Below are positions 1 to 7,728 of a stretch of 16,614 nucleotides of DNA, in pieces. Position 1 is the stretch's first letter, and each line of letters begins with the position of its first letter. The notes under the pieces were generated by a model, which had not been told where the DNA came from, did no database searches, and saw only the letters and a program-made list of their open reading frames with translations. Both the position numbers and the translations under genes were made by a program. This DNA is from an uncultured bacterium. GTDB taxonomy: Bacteria > Lernaellota > Lernaellaia > Lernaellales > Lernaellaceae. The DNA lies in the NCBI GenBank assembly GCA_964534375.1, contig CAZHPN010000142.1:1-16614 (forward strand), written 5' to 3'.

Positions 1-158
1 CGGCCATGTCGTATGCATTGACTTGTCGTGCGAAGGATCGGCCCATGAAAAAGACTTGGCTGTTGCTTCTGGTCCTTGCCTTGAGCGCCGTGCTGTTGGC
101 CGCCTGCGCGTCCGGCGGATCTTCGTCGAGCAAAACGATCGTCGTCGATGATGATGAC
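1..158 (+). repeat. Direct repeat copy 1 (upstream region, RBS, signal peptide, linker start); partner at 1450-1607
   Basis: Manual alignment at offset 1449 shows 6 mismatches in 158 nt. The repeat may extend beyond the window start. Confidence 0.95.
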
Positions 159-1367
159 AACGACGACAACGACAACGATGACAACGACAATGATGACAAC
201 GACGATTCGAGTCCGTCGGTCGACGACGATAACGATGATAATGACGACGATGATGGCAGCGACGATGACGATGATGACGACAACGACGACGACAATGACG
301 ACAACGACGACGACGATGACGATGGCGACGACGACGACGATAGCTCGCCGGCCGACGATGACGACAACAGTTTCTGGGGCCTCAATGCCGTGTGGGGAAG
401 CTCGGCGACGGACGTGTTCGCCGTCGGATGCCAGGGCGATGGCTATTGCGACCAGGGCTTGATCTTGCATTACGACGGAACGTCCTGGGCGGCGATGACG
501 GAGCCGAGCGGAACGAATTGGCTTGACGGCGTCTGGGGCGACTCGCCCACCGACGTGTTCGCGACGGGCGCCGAGGAGATCTTGCATTACGATGGAACGA
601 CCTGGGCGACAATGGCGACCTTTCCGGGGTCTTGGTGGTATTTTGAGGGCGTATGGGGAACTTCGCCGTCGGACGTGTTCACGGTGGGATTTAGTGCGCG
701 AGGCCCCACAGCCACCTGTATAATTTCCCATTACAACGAAACGTCCTGGGCGACGATGACGGTCCCGAACGACTGTAGCGAACTTATCGGCGTCTGGGGC
801 GCTTCCCCATCCGACGTTTTTGCTGCGGGCGGGAGGGAAATATTGCACTACGACGGAACTTCCTGGACGACGATGATGACCGCCCCAGAATGGGTGCGGG
901 GCGTTTGGGGCGCGTCGCCTTCCGACGTGTTCGTGTCAGCCTATGCGAACGTTTTGCAATACGACGGAACGTCCTGGACGGCGATGACGATGCCGAGCGA
1001 ACTAGCCGGGTTTGACGGCGTCTGGGGAACTGCGCTTTCCGAGGTGTTCGCGGTCGGAAACTATTTGTTGGACGACGACACGACCGAAAACCCAACGATT
1101 GTACATTACGACGGAACATCCTGGACGACAATGCCAATCCCGAGCGGAAACTACCACCTTTTCAGCGGGTGGGAAGCCTCGCGTTCCGACGGGTTCGCGG
1201 TCGGGAGCGATGTTGCGGACGACGATACTACAATCGAGGGGCCCGTGGTTTTGCATTACGATGGAACGTCCTGGGCCGAAATGCCGACCGGAACCAACCA
1301 GGCCCTCAACGGCGTCTGGGGAACGTCACCGTCGGACGCGCGGTCGGCGACCGCCGCGGCGCGTTGA
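45..1367 (+). CDS. Lipoprotein with Asp/Asn-rich linker and WGxSxxDVFAVG repeat (beta-propeller-like) domain; last repeat frameshifted
   Basis: AAGGA at 33-37 before ATG45; MKKTWLLLLVLALSAVLLAAC signal peptide II with lipobox; ~75 aa D/N tract; 7 complete VWGxSxxDVFAVG...ILHYDGTSW repeats plus a broken 8th. The propeller fold is inferred from the repeat pattern. Confidence 0.85.
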   Translation: MKKTWLLLLVLALSAVLLAACASGGSSSSKTIVVDDDDNDDNDNDDNDNDDNDDSSPSVDDDNDDNDDDDGSDDDDDDDNDDDNDDNDDDDDDGDDDDDSSPADDDDNSFWGLNAVWGSSATDVFAVGCQGDGYCDQGLILHYDGTSWAAMTEPSGTNWLDGVWGDSPTDVFATGAEEILHYDGTTWATMATFPGSWWYFEGVWGTSPSDVFTVGFSARGPTATCIISHYNETSWATMTVPNDCSELIGVWGASPSDVFAAGGREILHYDGTSWTTMMTAPEWVRGVWGASPSDVFVSAYANVLQYDGTSWTAMTMPSELAGFDGVWGTALSEVFAVGNYLLDDDTTENPTIVHYDGTSWTTMPIPSGNYHLFSGWEASRSDGFAVGSDVADDDTTIEGPVVLHYDGTSWAEMPTGTNQALNGVWGTSPSDARSATAAAR

Positions 1368-1449
1368 TTCGGCGCCACGGGAGCCATTCGTGGCGGATGT
1401 CTGGGGCCGCGTTATTCGATCCGGCTCTGTCGTTTGGTTGACGGTGCGG

Positions 1450-1607
1450 CGGCCATGTCGTATGCATTGACTTGTCGTGCGAAGGATCGGCCCATGAAAA
1501 AGACATGGCTGTTGCTTATGGTCCTTGCCTTGAGCGCCGTGCTGTTGGCCGCGTGCGCGTCGCGCGGATCTTTGTCGAGCAAAACGATCGTCGTCGATGA
1601 TGATGAC
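1450..1607 (+). repeat. Direct repeat copy 2 of 1-158
   Basis: cggccatgtcgtatgcattgac...gtcgtcgatgatgatgac is nearly identical to 1-158. Confidence 0.95.
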
Positions 1608-1733
1608 GACGCCTCGCCGGCCGACGACGCTTTCCCGTGCGGGCCGCAAGATTGCACCGGTTGCTGCGACGCGTCCAAAACGTGTCAGTCGGGTTACGAC
1701 CAACAGGAATGCGGCTACTTCGGCGAGCCTTGC
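1494..1733 (+). pseudogene. Truncated lipoprotein: duplicated signal peptide, short Asp linker and partial Cys-rich repeat (the frame runs on to 1856 through unrelated sequence)
   Basis: MKKTWLLLMV...LAAC, DDDDDASPADD, then CGPQDCTGCCDASKTCQSGYDQQECGYFGEPC. This matches the first 7 of the 10 Cys in the repeat unit of the 7729-8967 protein, and similarity stops abruptly after 1733. Confidence 0.7.
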
Positions 1734-1817
1734 CTTAGGAGCCCGTCGGTCAAACGTCTGTCCACCTGGCGTCCACCAGAAATGGGAGTCCGACCGGTTG
1801 GGGGCCATGATTTCAGC

Positions 1818-1853
1818 TTGCACAAAACTAAACTGTGGGTTAACATTCGTGCA
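1818..1853 (+). promoter_or_regulatory. Sigma70-type promoter of the abiE operon with overlapping imperfect inverted repeat (putative antitoxin operator); probably leaderless
   Basis: TTGCAC(1818-1823)-17 nt-TAACAT(1841-1846), ATG 6 nt later, no SD. Inverted repeat 1819-1833/1839-1853 matches 11/15. Confidence 0.7.
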
Positions 1854-2536
1854 TGAAGTCGCAGGTCACCAGGAAAGAGCGACGCCCGGATTGGGAGAAG
1901 CTCTATGAAACCGCTGCCGCCCAGGAGGGTCTCTTCACGACGGTCCAAGCGGCCGAGGCGGGTTACTCGCCGCAACTGATCGCCAAACACCTCGGGAACG
2001 GCCGCTTCGCCCGTGTGCGTCGCTCGGTTTACCGTCTGGTTCACTTTCCGCCGGGGGAGCACGAGGATCTCGTCGCCGTCTGGCTGTGGTCCGAACGAGC
2101 CTGTGTTTTCTCGCACGAGACGGCGCTCGCCCTTCACGGCCTGTCGGATGCCCTCCCGTCTCGTGTACACCTGACGCTCCCCGCCGCGTGGCTTCCCCGC
2201 CGCCTTCGCGTGCCCGAGGGCGTGATCGTCCACCACGCCGACGTCGGCAAGAAAGAGATGTCCTGGGTCGGCCCCGTTCCGGTCACGAGCATCGCTCGCA
2301 CGATAATCGACTGCGCCGACGCGCAAGTGGCCCCGGACGTCGTCAGGGATGCGTTCGAGCAGGCCGCCGACCAGGGACTTGTCCGGCGGGATTCCGTGCC
2401 ACAGGTCGTCTCCTACCTGAAGGGGTTCTTCTCCGTTTCCCATAGCCGGTCGGGTCCGCGGTTCGGCTCGGCGTCGGGCAGCCGATCCGGTTCAAGGACG
2501 AGATCGTCATCCGGGGCTGCGGCGAGGACCCGATGA
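1853..2536 (+). CDS. abiEi: Type IV toxin-antitoxin AbiEi family antitoxin / transcriptional regulator
   Basis: AAAQEGLFTTVQA...RVRRSVYRL wHTH-like N-terminus, FSHETALALHGL and VTSIARTIIDC motifs typical of AbiEi; ATGA overlap with the downstream toxin. Confidence 0.9.
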   Translation: MKSQVTRKERRPDWEKLYETAAAQEGLFTTVQAAEAGYSPQLIAKHLGNGRFARVRRSVYRLVHFPPGEHEDLVAVWLWSERACVFSHETALALHGLSDALPSRVHLTLPAAWLPRRLRVPEGVIVHHADVGKKEMSWVGPVPVTSIARTIIDCADAQVAPDVVRDAFEQAADQGLVRRDSVPQVVSYLKGFFSVSHSRSGPRFGSASGSRSGSRTRSSSGAAARTR

Positions 2537-3435
2537 CGGCGCGCACGTACGGAACCCCGGAATCCTTCAAGATGGCGCTTGAGCAACGGCTTCGCGCGTC
2601 CTCAACGACTGGCCTAGACTTTACTCGCCGACGCCAGCTTCTCGTGTTCGACCGGTTCCTCGCCCGCGTGACGGCGGTGATGGGCAATGCGGCAATACTG
2701 AAGGGCGGACTGGTCATCGAGTTCCGAATCGAGCGCGCTCGGACGACGAAGGACATCGACCTGCGCTTGGACGGATCGCCCGGCGACGTGCTCGACCGTC
2801 TGCGCGAGGCGGGGCGGCTCGACCTCGGCGATTTCATGAGGTACGAAGCGAACCTGGACCGCGACCATCCCGACATCCGCAACGAAGGAATGCGATACAA
2901 TGGCCTCCGCCACCGCGTCGAGGCGAAGCTGGCGGGGAAGGTCTTCGGCCAACCGTTCGGGGTCGATGTCGCCTTCGGCGATCCGATCCTCGGGGAGCCC
3001 GACATTGTCGTCGCCGGTGACACACTCGGCTTCGCAGGGATCGAACCCCCGACGCTGCGGCTCTATCCGATCGAATCCCAGATTGCCGAGAAGCTGCACG
3101 CCTACACGATGCCGAGGGAGCGGCAGAACTCCCGCGTCAAGGATCTGCCTGACCTCGCTCTGCTTGCGACCGTGCGCGAGATTGACGGCGCCAAGTTGCG
3201 TCTCGCGCTGGAGCGGACCTTCGACTACCGGGATACGCACGCGCTGCCCGCGTCGATCCCCGAACCGCCGGCGTCCTGGGCCGCCGTATACGAGCGTATG
3301 GTTGGCGAGGATGATCTTCGCTGGCGGACGCTCCCCGATCTCCTCGCGGCCGTGCGAGCCTTTCTCGACCCGGTCCTTGCAAACGCACCCGCCGGCCAGT
3401 GGACACCACCGCTGTGGGGATGGCACTCGGCGTAA
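2533..3435 (+). CDS. abiEii: Nucleotidyltransferase AbiEii/AbiGii family toxin
   Basis: ILKGG, ARTTKDIDL, IAEKLHA and SRVKDLPDL motifs of AbiEii-type nucleotidyltransferases; translationally coupled to the antitoxin. Confidence 0.92.
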   Translation: MTARTYGTPESFKMALEQRLRASSTTGLDFTRRRQLLVFDRFLARVTAVMGNAAILKGGLVIEFRIERARTTKDIDLRLDGSPGDVLDRLREAGRLDLGDFMRYEANLDRDHPDIRNEGMRYNGLRHRVEAKLAGKVFGQPFGVDVAFGDPILGEPDIVVAGDTLGFAGIEPPTLRLYPIESQIAEKLHAYTMPRERQNSRVKDLPDLALLATVREIDGAKLRLALERTFDYRDTHALPASIPEPPASWAAVYERMVGEDDLRWRTLPDLLAAVRAFLDPVLANAPAGQWTPPLWGWHSA

Positions 3436-3487
3436 CCCAGATACTTAGCAGACGGCCTGCATTCGTCTGTGCACCGGCAACACGCCG

Positions 3488-3871
3488 TTGGCCGACATTG
3501 GCGTGGATCAGATCGACGACTTGGTTGGGCAACTGCTGGTGGAAAACCATCCGCACGCCATCACGAAGAACGGGCGCGAGCCGAACCGGCTGGCGCCCCA
3601 TTCCATCAACAACGTCCTCGGCGTCCTCGGGCGCATCTTGACGGCGGCGCACCGGCGTGGGGCGATCCCCAGCAGGCCGCTCATCGAGAAGTTGCCGATC
3701 GACTATCCCGACGAGGTGGTAGACATCCTGGCGCGCGAGGAGGTCACCCGGCTGTTCGCTGCATGCGATGGCGTCCACGGCCGGATGCTCAAGACCGGCG
3801 TCCTGACCGGATGTCGTGTCGGGGAAGGTGCAAGACACGTAGGGCAGCACCGAACCGGCACAGGGGTTTGA
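3488..3871 (+). pseudogene. Tyrosine recombinase/integrase fragment
   Basis: PLADI...LAPHSINNVLGVLGRILTAAHRRGAI (core-binding-like), ILAREEVTRLFAAC, LTGCRVGE (box I Arg), then drift and a stop. No HxxR or catalytic Tyr; in-frame stop just upstream. Confidence 0.8.
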
Positions 3872-3900
3872 AGACCCAAAGCGTCGTTTTGCCGAGACAA

Positions 3901-3938
3901 AAAAGGGCGGTTGCCACAAACCTGCGGACCGCCCTTTT
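3901..3938. terminator. Bidirectional intrinsic terminator-like hairpin between convergent units
   Basis: AAAAGGGCGGT(3901-3911)...ACCGCCCTTTT(3928-3938), with T-tracts on both strands. Confidence 0.75.
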
Positions 3939-4022
3939 CGCGGGTCGACTCACTCAATCAACAATCGCGCCAAACGCGCAAACGCAACGCCGCCCGATGA
4001 CGCGAGCGCGGGGAACGGCGCG

Positions 4023-5405
4023 TCAGGGGCCGTAGTGCAAAATCAAAGCGCTTTCCGAGATATTGTCCACCCCTACGGCGAACACGTCCGTGGCCGAGCT
4101 TCCCCAAACCTCGTTCAAAGTCAAATTGTCCGTCGTGGGGATCGCCATCGCCGACCACGAGGAACCGTCGTACTGCCAAATCGCCCCCTGCAATTCAGTG
4201 TAGTCCTGTCCCACGGCGAACACGTCCGTGGCCGAGCTTCCCCAAACGCCGTTCAAATACACCTGATCCGTCGTGGGGATCGTCATCGCCTCCCACGAGG
4301 AACCAGCGTAACCGGCGTAATGCCAAATCACGGGAGCGCTGAAGGTATCGTCGTATCCGACGGCGAACACGTCCGTGACCGAGCTTCCCCAAACGCCGTA
4401 CAAATACCCTTCGTCCGCCGTGGGGTTCGCCATCGCCGCCCACGAGAAACCGTTGTACCGCCAGATCGCCGGGAGCGATGAAGTTTCGTCCTCTCCCACG
4501 GCGAACACGTCCGAGGCCGAACTTCCCCAGACGCCGGACAAATACACATTGTCCGTCGTGGGGATCGTCATCGCCGCCCACGAGGAACCGGCGTACCGCC
4601 AAGTCACCGGGAGGGACGCAGTAACGTCATATCCGACGGCAAACACGTCCGAGGCCGAGCTTCCCCAAACGGTGCGCAACTGCACCCTGTTCGTCGTGGG
4701 GTTCGTCATCGCCGCCCACGAGGAACCGGCGTACCGCCAAATCACCGCTTGGGCTGAAGTATCGTCGTAGCCGACGGCGAACACGTCCGAGGTCGAGCTT
4801 CCCCACACGCCGTACAACTCCCCCTCGTCCGTCGTGGGGTTCGTCATCGCCGCCCACGAGGAACCGTCGTACTGCCAAATCCCCGGGAGCACCGAACCGT
4901 CAGTTCCGACGGCGAACACGTCCGAAGCCGAGCTTCCCCAAACGCCGTTCAACAACGAATCGCCCGTCCCAGAGATCGGCATCACCGACCAGTAGTCGTC
5001 GTCGTCATCGTTGTCGTCGTTATCATCGTCGTTGTCGTCGTTATCATCGTCGTTGTCGTCGTTATCATCGTCGTTGTCGTCGTTGTCGTCGTTGTCGTTG
5101 TCGTCGTTGTCGTCATCGTCATCCGGCGCTGAATCGTCGTTGTCATCATCGTCCGGCGTCGGCGATGTGTCGTCATTGTCGTCGTCGTCGTCGTCATCGT
5201 CGGGAGTGGAATCGTCGTTGTCGTCGTCGTCCGGGGTCGGCGACGTGTCGTCGTTGTCGTCGTTGTCGTCGTTGTCGTCGTTGTCGTCGTCGGCTGAATG
5301 GCCGCCGCCCCCGCTCGACTTCGAACCGCCGCAAGACGCCGATGCCGCCACCACCAGACCCAGCAAAAGCGCCACAACCAACAACCGGAGAATCCAAGCC
5401 TTCAT
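4023..5405 (-). CDS. Lipoprotein with Asp/Asn-rich linker and 7-repeat beta-propeller-like domain (paralog of 45-1367)
   Basis: AAGGAG before ATG5405; MKAWILRLLVVALLLGLVVAASASC signal; ~100 aa acidic tract; 7 VWGSSxxDVFAVG repeats. Confidence 0.88.
   Translation of the reverse strand: MKAWILRLLVVALLLGLVVAASASCGGSKSSGGGGHSADDDNDDNDDNDDNDDTSPTPDDDDNDDSTPDDDDDDDDNDDTSPTPDDDDNDDSAPDDDDDNDDNDNDDNDDNDDDNDDNDDDNDDNDDDNDDNDDDDDYWSVMPISGTGDSLLNGVWGSSASDVFAVGTDGSVLPGIWQYDGSSWAAMTNPTTDEGELYGVWGSSTSDVFAVGYDDTSAQAVIWRYAGSSWAAMTNPTTNRVQLRTVWGSSASDVFAVGYDVTASLPVTWRYAGSSWAAMTIPTTDNVYLSGVWGSSASDVFAVGEDETSSLPAIWRYNGFSWAAMANPTADEGYLYGVWGSSVTDVFAVGYDDTFSAPVIWHYAGYAGSSWEAMTIPTTDQVYLNGVWGSSATDVFAVGQDYTELQGAIWQYDGSSWSAMAIPTTDNLTLNEVWGSSATDVFAVGVDNISESALILHYGP
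4035..4990 (-). repeat. Seven intragenic tandem repeats of ~138 bp (46 aa)
   Basis: CACGTCCG anchor at 4083, 4221, 4368, 4506, 4644, 4782, 4917 (spacings 138, 147, 138, 138, 138, 135). Confidence 0.92.
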
Positions 5406-5448
5406 CTCCCGCTCCTTATATTCGCGCAAATCGCCCATAGTTTGGCCG

Positions 5449-5477
5449 ATAGTGCCCGCCGTCCCCTGAGATGTCAA
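5449..5477 (-). promoter_or_regulatory. Sigma70-type promoter for the 4023-5405 gene
   Basis: Minus strand TTGACA-17 nt-CACTAT, with the -10 ending ~43 nt upstream of the start codon. Confidence 0.6.
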
Positions 5478-5569
5478 GGCCGTGTTTGGGGCAGCAATTC
5501 CGCAACGCGGCAATTCGACAGTCGCGGGAAACTAGGGACAGTCAACGGTTTTCTTGACAGCCCTCCTGG

Positions 5570-7498
5570 TTAGGGCAGCGTGCGGGCCACGCGGAACCCT
5601 TGGTACGAGCTGCGGTTTCCCGGATCGATGAAGTGGCGATACGCCGAGCGGCACTCGTAGGCGTAACTGCCCCAGTTGCCGCCGCGGTACACGCGGCCGG
5701 AACCCGTCGTCGGGCCGGTCGGGTCGGTGACCGTTCCCGGATACGCGCCGTACCAATCCCAGACCCATTCCTGGACGTTCCCGGCCACGTCGTATAAGCC
5801 CCACGCGTTCGCGGTTTTCTGGCCGACCGCCTCGGTCGTCGTGCGATCGTTGCCGCAGTACCAGCCGATCGTGTTCAGGTTCGCATCGACCGGCGTGCAG
5901 ACCGCTCCGGAAACGGCGATCGTCCCGTCGTAAAACGCGGTCGTCGTCCCCGCCCGGGCCGCGTATTCCCATTCCGATTCCGTCAACAGCCGGAAGCCCG
6001 TGCAGTCATAAACCGAAGCGACCACGTTGAGGGCGATGTTCGCCGAAGAAATGCCGCCGTGGGTGAGGCTTTCGCAGTTCATGTAGTCCGAGCCGACGGC
6101 CGTAGCGTCATTGCAGATCACGTCGGTCCAGGTGTAGCACGGCGTCTGTCCGGCGTTGAGCGAAATCTGGTCGGCGTACGCCGCCGCGTCGTACCAACTC
6201 ACCGAGTCTTCCGGGCAATTGCCGCCGCAACTCGCGAACGCGCTGGGGTTCCAGCTCATCGCGGCCGTGAACTGCTGCTGCGTGACTTGATAGACGCCGG
6301 TTTCGAAATCGTGGCTCAGCGTCACGGTGTGCTGCGTCTCATCCGCGTCGCGGCCGGGCTCGGACGCCGGGCTGCCCATCGTGAAACTGCCATGCGAAAC
6401 GCGAACGAAGCCGGAATCAACCGTGTCGTCGTTGTCGTCGTTGTCGTCGTTGTCGTCGTCGTCCGCGCCGCCGCGCGCGCAACGGAAACCGACCTCGGGG
6501 AAGGCCGAATCCGGCGTGATCCAGCCGCGGGCGGAGGTGCGCAGGGTGGTCGCCACGTCGCTGTAGCTGCCGCCGCGCACAACGCGGTACGTCCCGCTGG
6601 CCGGGCCTTGCGGATTGTCTTGCGGCGACGACGCGTAATAGGTCGCGTCGTACCAGTCGTTCACCCACTGGTCGACGTCGCCGAGCGGGTCGCACAGGCC
6701 CCAGGCGTTGGCCGTTTTTCCGCAAACCGGCTGGGTGGCGCCGCCGGAGTTGGCGGAATACCAGGCGAGCGCGCCGAGGCACGATTCCTCTTCGCAACCG
6801 TCATAGTAAATGTCGTTGGTTCCGGCGCGCGCGGCGAACTCCCACTCGGCCTCGGTCGGCAACCGCGCGCCGATCGCCTGGCAGTACGCCGCCGCCTCCG
6901 TCCAGCTCACCGTCTCGACCGGGCAATTGGCGCCGCAGCTCGCGAAGCTGCTCGGATTGGTTCCCGCGACGTTCTGGTATTCGGCCTGGGTGATGTCCGT
7001 TTTCGTGATCTCGAACGACGCGATCGTGACCGCATGCCGCGGGTTTTCGTCGTCGCGGCAGTTCGTGTCGCCCGGGATGCAGCCCATGTAGGCCGACCCG
7101 CCGGGAACCGGCAGCCAGACGATCCCGCTCGTGTCGTTGTCGTCGTCGTTGTCATTGTCGTCGTCGTTGTCGTTATCGTTATCGTTATCGTCATTGTCGT
7201 TGTCGTCATTGTCGTCGTTGTCGTCGTCGTCGTCATCGACCGGCGAAGCGTCGTCATCGACGGGCGAGGCGTCGTCATCGACGGGCGAGGCGTCGTCGTC
7301 GTCATCGGGGGAGGAATCGTCGTCGTCGTCCGGCGTCGCGTCGTCATCGATCGGCGAAGCGTCGTCGTCGCTTGGCGACGCGTCGTCGTCGAGCGGATGT
7401 TTGCTGCCGCCGCTGCTGCTGGAACTGCTGCACGCCGTCGCGGACAACAGCAACACCATCGTCAACAGAAACAACAAAACCCAACTGCCTCGTTTCAT
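5570..7498 (-). CDS. Lipoprotein with acidic linker and two formylglycine-generating enzyme (FGE-sulfatase/SUMF1, C-type lectin fold) domains
   Basis: GGAGG before ATG7498; ...LLSATAC lipobox-like; two domains each with RL(P/L)TExEWE(F/Y)AARAG, NAWGLxD, RGGx(Y/W) and GFR motifs, separated by DDDDNDDNDDNDD. Confidence 0.92.
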   Translation of the reverse strand: MKRGSWVLLFLLTMVLLLSATACSSSSSSGGSKHPLDDDASPSDDDASPIDDDATPDDDDDSSPDDDDDASPVDDDASPVDDDASPVDDDDDDNDDNDDNDNDDNDNDNDNDDDNDNDDDNDTSGIVWLPVPGGSAYMGCIPGDTNCRDDENPRHAVTIASFEITKTDITQAEYQNVAGTNPSSFASCGANCPVETVSWTEAAAYCQAIGARLPTEAEWEFAARAGTNDIYYDGCEEESCLGALAWYSANSGGATQPVCGKTANAWGLCDPLGDVDQWVNDWYDATYYASSPQDNPQGPASGTYRVVRGGSYSDVATTLRTSARGWITPDSAFPEVGFRCARGGADDDDNDDNDDNDDTVDSGFVRVSHGSFTMGSPASEPGRDADETQHTVTLSHDFETGVYQVTQQQFTAAMSWNPSAFASCGGNCPEDSVSWYDAAAYADQISLNAGQTPCYTWTDVICNDATAVGSDYMNCESLTHGGISSANIALNVVASVYDCTGFRLLTESEWEYAARAGTTTAFYDGTIAVSGAVCTPVDANLNTIGWYCGNDRTTTEAVGQKTANAWGLYDVAGNVQEWVWDWYGAYPGTVTDPTGPTTGSGRVYRGGNWGSYAYECRSAYRHFIDPGNRSSYQGFRVARTLP

Positions 7499-7673
7499 CG
7501 CGACACCTCCCAGGGAAGCCTGTCCCAAACTCGGTTAAACGCTCTGGAAAAACGGCCTTCCGGTCGAGTTCATAGCTACGCCCATCGTTTCCCGCCGTCA
7601 AGGCTGCGGCGCCGCTGTCGCATCGCCGTGGCGGCCTGGCTTGCGGTCTCGACCCGCACGAGGGCCGGAGATT

Positions 7674-7697
7674 CGGGGCGCGTCAGAACGCGCCCCG
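7674..7697. terminator. GC-rich hairpin downstream of the Cys-rich gene (terminator or stabiliser)
   Basis: CGGGGCGCGT-CAGA-ACGCGCCCCG perfect 10-bp stem, but no clear U-tract. Confidence 0.4.
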
Positions 7698-7728
7698 GTT
7701 GTCGGAACCAAACGCCGCCGGCTTCGAC

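Noticed and set aside
148..462. Poly-Thr/Met, poly-Ser, poly-Val and poly-Arg ORFs here and at 4982-5469, 6907-7538 and 7683-7997
   Set aside because: Alternative-frame or antisense readings of the GAC/AAC linker repeats of real genes.
1734..1756. TTAGGAGCCCGTCGG as an IS terminal inverted repeat at the truncation point
   Set aside because: No convincing partner end, target duplication or transposase in the window.
4035..4990. CRISPR-like alternation of constant and variable sequence
   Set aside because: The period is 138 bp, in frame within a coding sequence, the variable parts are homologous to each other, and no cas genes are present.
5570..7498. Complete diversity-generating retroelement
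   Set aside because: No reverse transcriptase, accessory gene or template repeat in the window. The two FGE domains are too divergent to be a TR/VR pair.
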